DNA of 63,746 nt, filler included, from Octopus bimaculoides (Eukaryota), in assembly GCF_001194135.2 (NCBI RefSeq). It is 5 parts of 4 records of this genome, joined end to end, with 100 filler letters (N's around TTAATTAATTAA, not from the genome) between each part and the next. Parts side by side here need not be neighbours in the genome. Positions count along the whole stretch, not along the records: positions 61,440 to 63,746 come from NW_026307418.1; 4 more parts are not named here. The stretch is one strand, 5' to 3'. Position numbers and translations under genes: made by a program. Shown in pieces: positions 61,691-63,746 of the stretch. The notes under the pieces were generated by a model. That model had not been told where the DNA came from and made no database searches. It saw only the letters and a program-made list of their open reading frames with translations. Positions within the stretch are counted from its first letter, which is position 1. Each line of letters opens with the position of its first letter.

Positions 61691-62197
61691 TTACATGTAA
61701 AAATGCGAGCATGAAAAGTCATATTCTTAAGATTATAAACTTTTGAAAAGTACAGGACAAGTTATTACACCTGTAAAAGCTATTACTTCAAGTACAGTAA
61801 AGAATAAGTAACTTTTTACTTAAAATAATGCATCAAAGAACACCATTTCTTCTAATTTATCAATCTTTACAGTTCTCATTTATTAAATTTATTGTACAAA
61901 ACTGTTCAGTTAATTTGAAAGTTTGTCTAATTAGTCACTTTTTTCTGTATTCAAGGTAGTAAATTAGCCAAATTCTACTTAAATAAGTATGTTATTTGTA
62001 AATTACAATAAAAATAAGTTTCAATATTCAAATTTTAATTTTAGCAGCAATATGTTAAGTAAAAAGTTTCTTATTCTTTACTTTACTAGAAGAAATAGCT
62101 TGTCCTGTACTTTTACAGGTGTAGTAACTTGTCCTGTACTTTTCCAGGTTTATAATCTTAAGAATATGACTTTTCATGCTCGCATTTTTCCATGTAA
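61691..62197. mobile_element. Non-autonomous DNA transposon with about 88-bp TIRs
   Basis: 61691-61779 and 62110-62197 are near-perfect inverted repeats (ttacatg.aaaaatgcgagcatgaaaagtcatattcttaagattataaac...), which is why MTFHARIF appears on both strands in the ORF track; TA at 61692-93 and 62195-96. Confidence 0.85.
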
Positions 62198-62950
62198 CCC
62201 ATGATTTTTCCAGGCATTACTGTTGTAAGATAATTAAAAGTGTGTCAATTAATAATTTAAGATTTTACCTTAAAAAATACTGAAAATAATATTTCAATTT
62301 TTCCACGTAAGTGATGATAATATTTCCATTTTTTTCATGTTTTAATTTAAATATATGTTGTGATTAAATTATTTGATATTACCTATCCATATCAAATTAA
62401 TGGCAGGGAATTTTACCATGCTGTTGGTTGCACCAAAAGTTTCAAACAACAAGACCCCAAAACCATCAGTTACCAAGCTCAACTTAAGTAACCTAATTTT
62501 GCAATATTAGGAGGTCACAGGAATTCATTCAACCAAAAACAGAATTTCGAATGATTCTGGGATTGCAGGGAGAACACCACCACCTCATTTTTTCCGAATC
62601 AAAATAAGGCATTTACAGCATATTAGGAGGTCAGGGTACTTGATTACACACAAAAAATAAGTTTTTTTCCTTTTCTCTAAGTGAAAATCGTGTGGGTGTT
62701 AATATAGAAATTGACCATAATGTTATTTAGCTTCAAATAAACCCTGATACTGCAAACGTATCATCAAAGACATTCCAGCCACCAGCAAACCGTCTTTTTA
62801 GGGATAATCTAGGACATTGCATACAATGGGCATGTGATTTAGGTAGAGGGATACTTTGGCAGCAATTTTTAGCATGTCGAGCGACCAGGTAGAGGCTCTT
62901 TCATTGGTTCGATTGCGTGATGAGATTTTTTTACACATATATGTAATATG

Positions 62951-62983
<33 letters not shown>

Positions 62984-63090
62984 CTCATCGGCAGAAGTTA
63001 GAGAGTAAGTCAAAAGCTGAGAGTTTCATGTATTGGCACTTATCAAATACGAATTTGTCCATTGTTACCCTGTAACTTCTGATGGAATAA

Positions 63091-63426
63091 CTTCTAAAAT
63101 ACAAAATTTTGTCAAACATGTTAAGAGTAAACCCTGTTCTATGTGGCACATTCTATAAGTATCAGAAGTTTGAAAGTGTTTAGTTAAAAAAAATTAATTA
63201 AATAATCTGCACGTCTAACTGAATAGATCTGAAATGGATGAAAGGCAAAGTCGACCTCGGCGGAATTTGAACGCAGAATGTAAAGACAAACGAAATAACG
63301 CTTCTAAGATACAAAATTTTGTCAAAAATGTTAAGAATAAACCGTGTTCTATATAACATATTCTACCAGTATCAGAGGTTTGTAAGTTTTTAGTTAAAAA
63401 AAAATTAATTAAATAATCAGTACGTC
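63091..63426. repeat. Direct duplication of about 125 bp (63091-63215 and 63301-63426), each followed by a family A SINE fragment
   Basis: cttctaa.atacaaaattttgtcaaa.atgttaaga.taaacc...aaataatc...acgtc twice; related sequence near 26785-26830. Confidence 0.8.
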
Positions 63427-63695
63427 AAAGTCAACCTTGGTGAAATTTGAACTCAAAAAATGTAAAGACAGACAAAATACAGTTAAGAATTTCGCTCTGC
63501 ACTAATGTTTCTGACACCTCGCCACCTTAGACAGCAAACATTCATTTTAGAAATATATTCTTTATTCTTATTGCTGAAGCATTACTCCCTTACTTACTTA
63601 CTGACATGAAATTTCGTAACATTTTACGTCATAACACTTTTCCTACTAATTTTTGTCTAATGAGACTAGCGATTCTGAATTCCTCATGCATTTTT

Positions 63696-63739
<44 letters not shown>

Positions 63740-63746
63740 ATATATA

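Overview
AT-rich animal genomic DNA crowded with microsatellites and tRNA-derived SINEs. The repeat content suggests an octopus or other coleoid cephalopod (inference). There are no prokaryotic features and no CRISPR array. Four artificial 100-bp spacers (44 N + TTAATTAATTAA + 44 N) split the window into five assembly blocks, so continuity across them is unproven. Two real coding exons are supported, both on the + strand and both ending at a splice donor whose next exon I could not locate. (1) 1183-1950 encodes TM1-TM6 of a divergent class-A orphan GPCR most similar to GPR153/GPR162, behind a leader containing uORFs. (2) 54103-55652 encodes a secreted or membrane-bound carboxylesterase/cholinesterase-fold protein. 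It keeps the catalytic Ser but has His replaced by Tyr and lacks the triad Glu, so it is probably a pseudoenzyme; it ends at an intron position apparently shared with ACHE and neuroligins. The rest is transposon-derived: several modular SINE families, RTE, CR1 and L1/Tx1 LINE relics, mariner-derived MITEs and other TIR or foldback elements. There is also a degenerate 26-bp minisatellite and a near-perfect 23-bp hairpin. Most ORF-track entries are microsatellite or N-gap artefacts. I found no convincing novel multi-gene system. The best leads are the pseudo-esterase, the GPCR with its uORFs, the hairpin and the SINE architecture.
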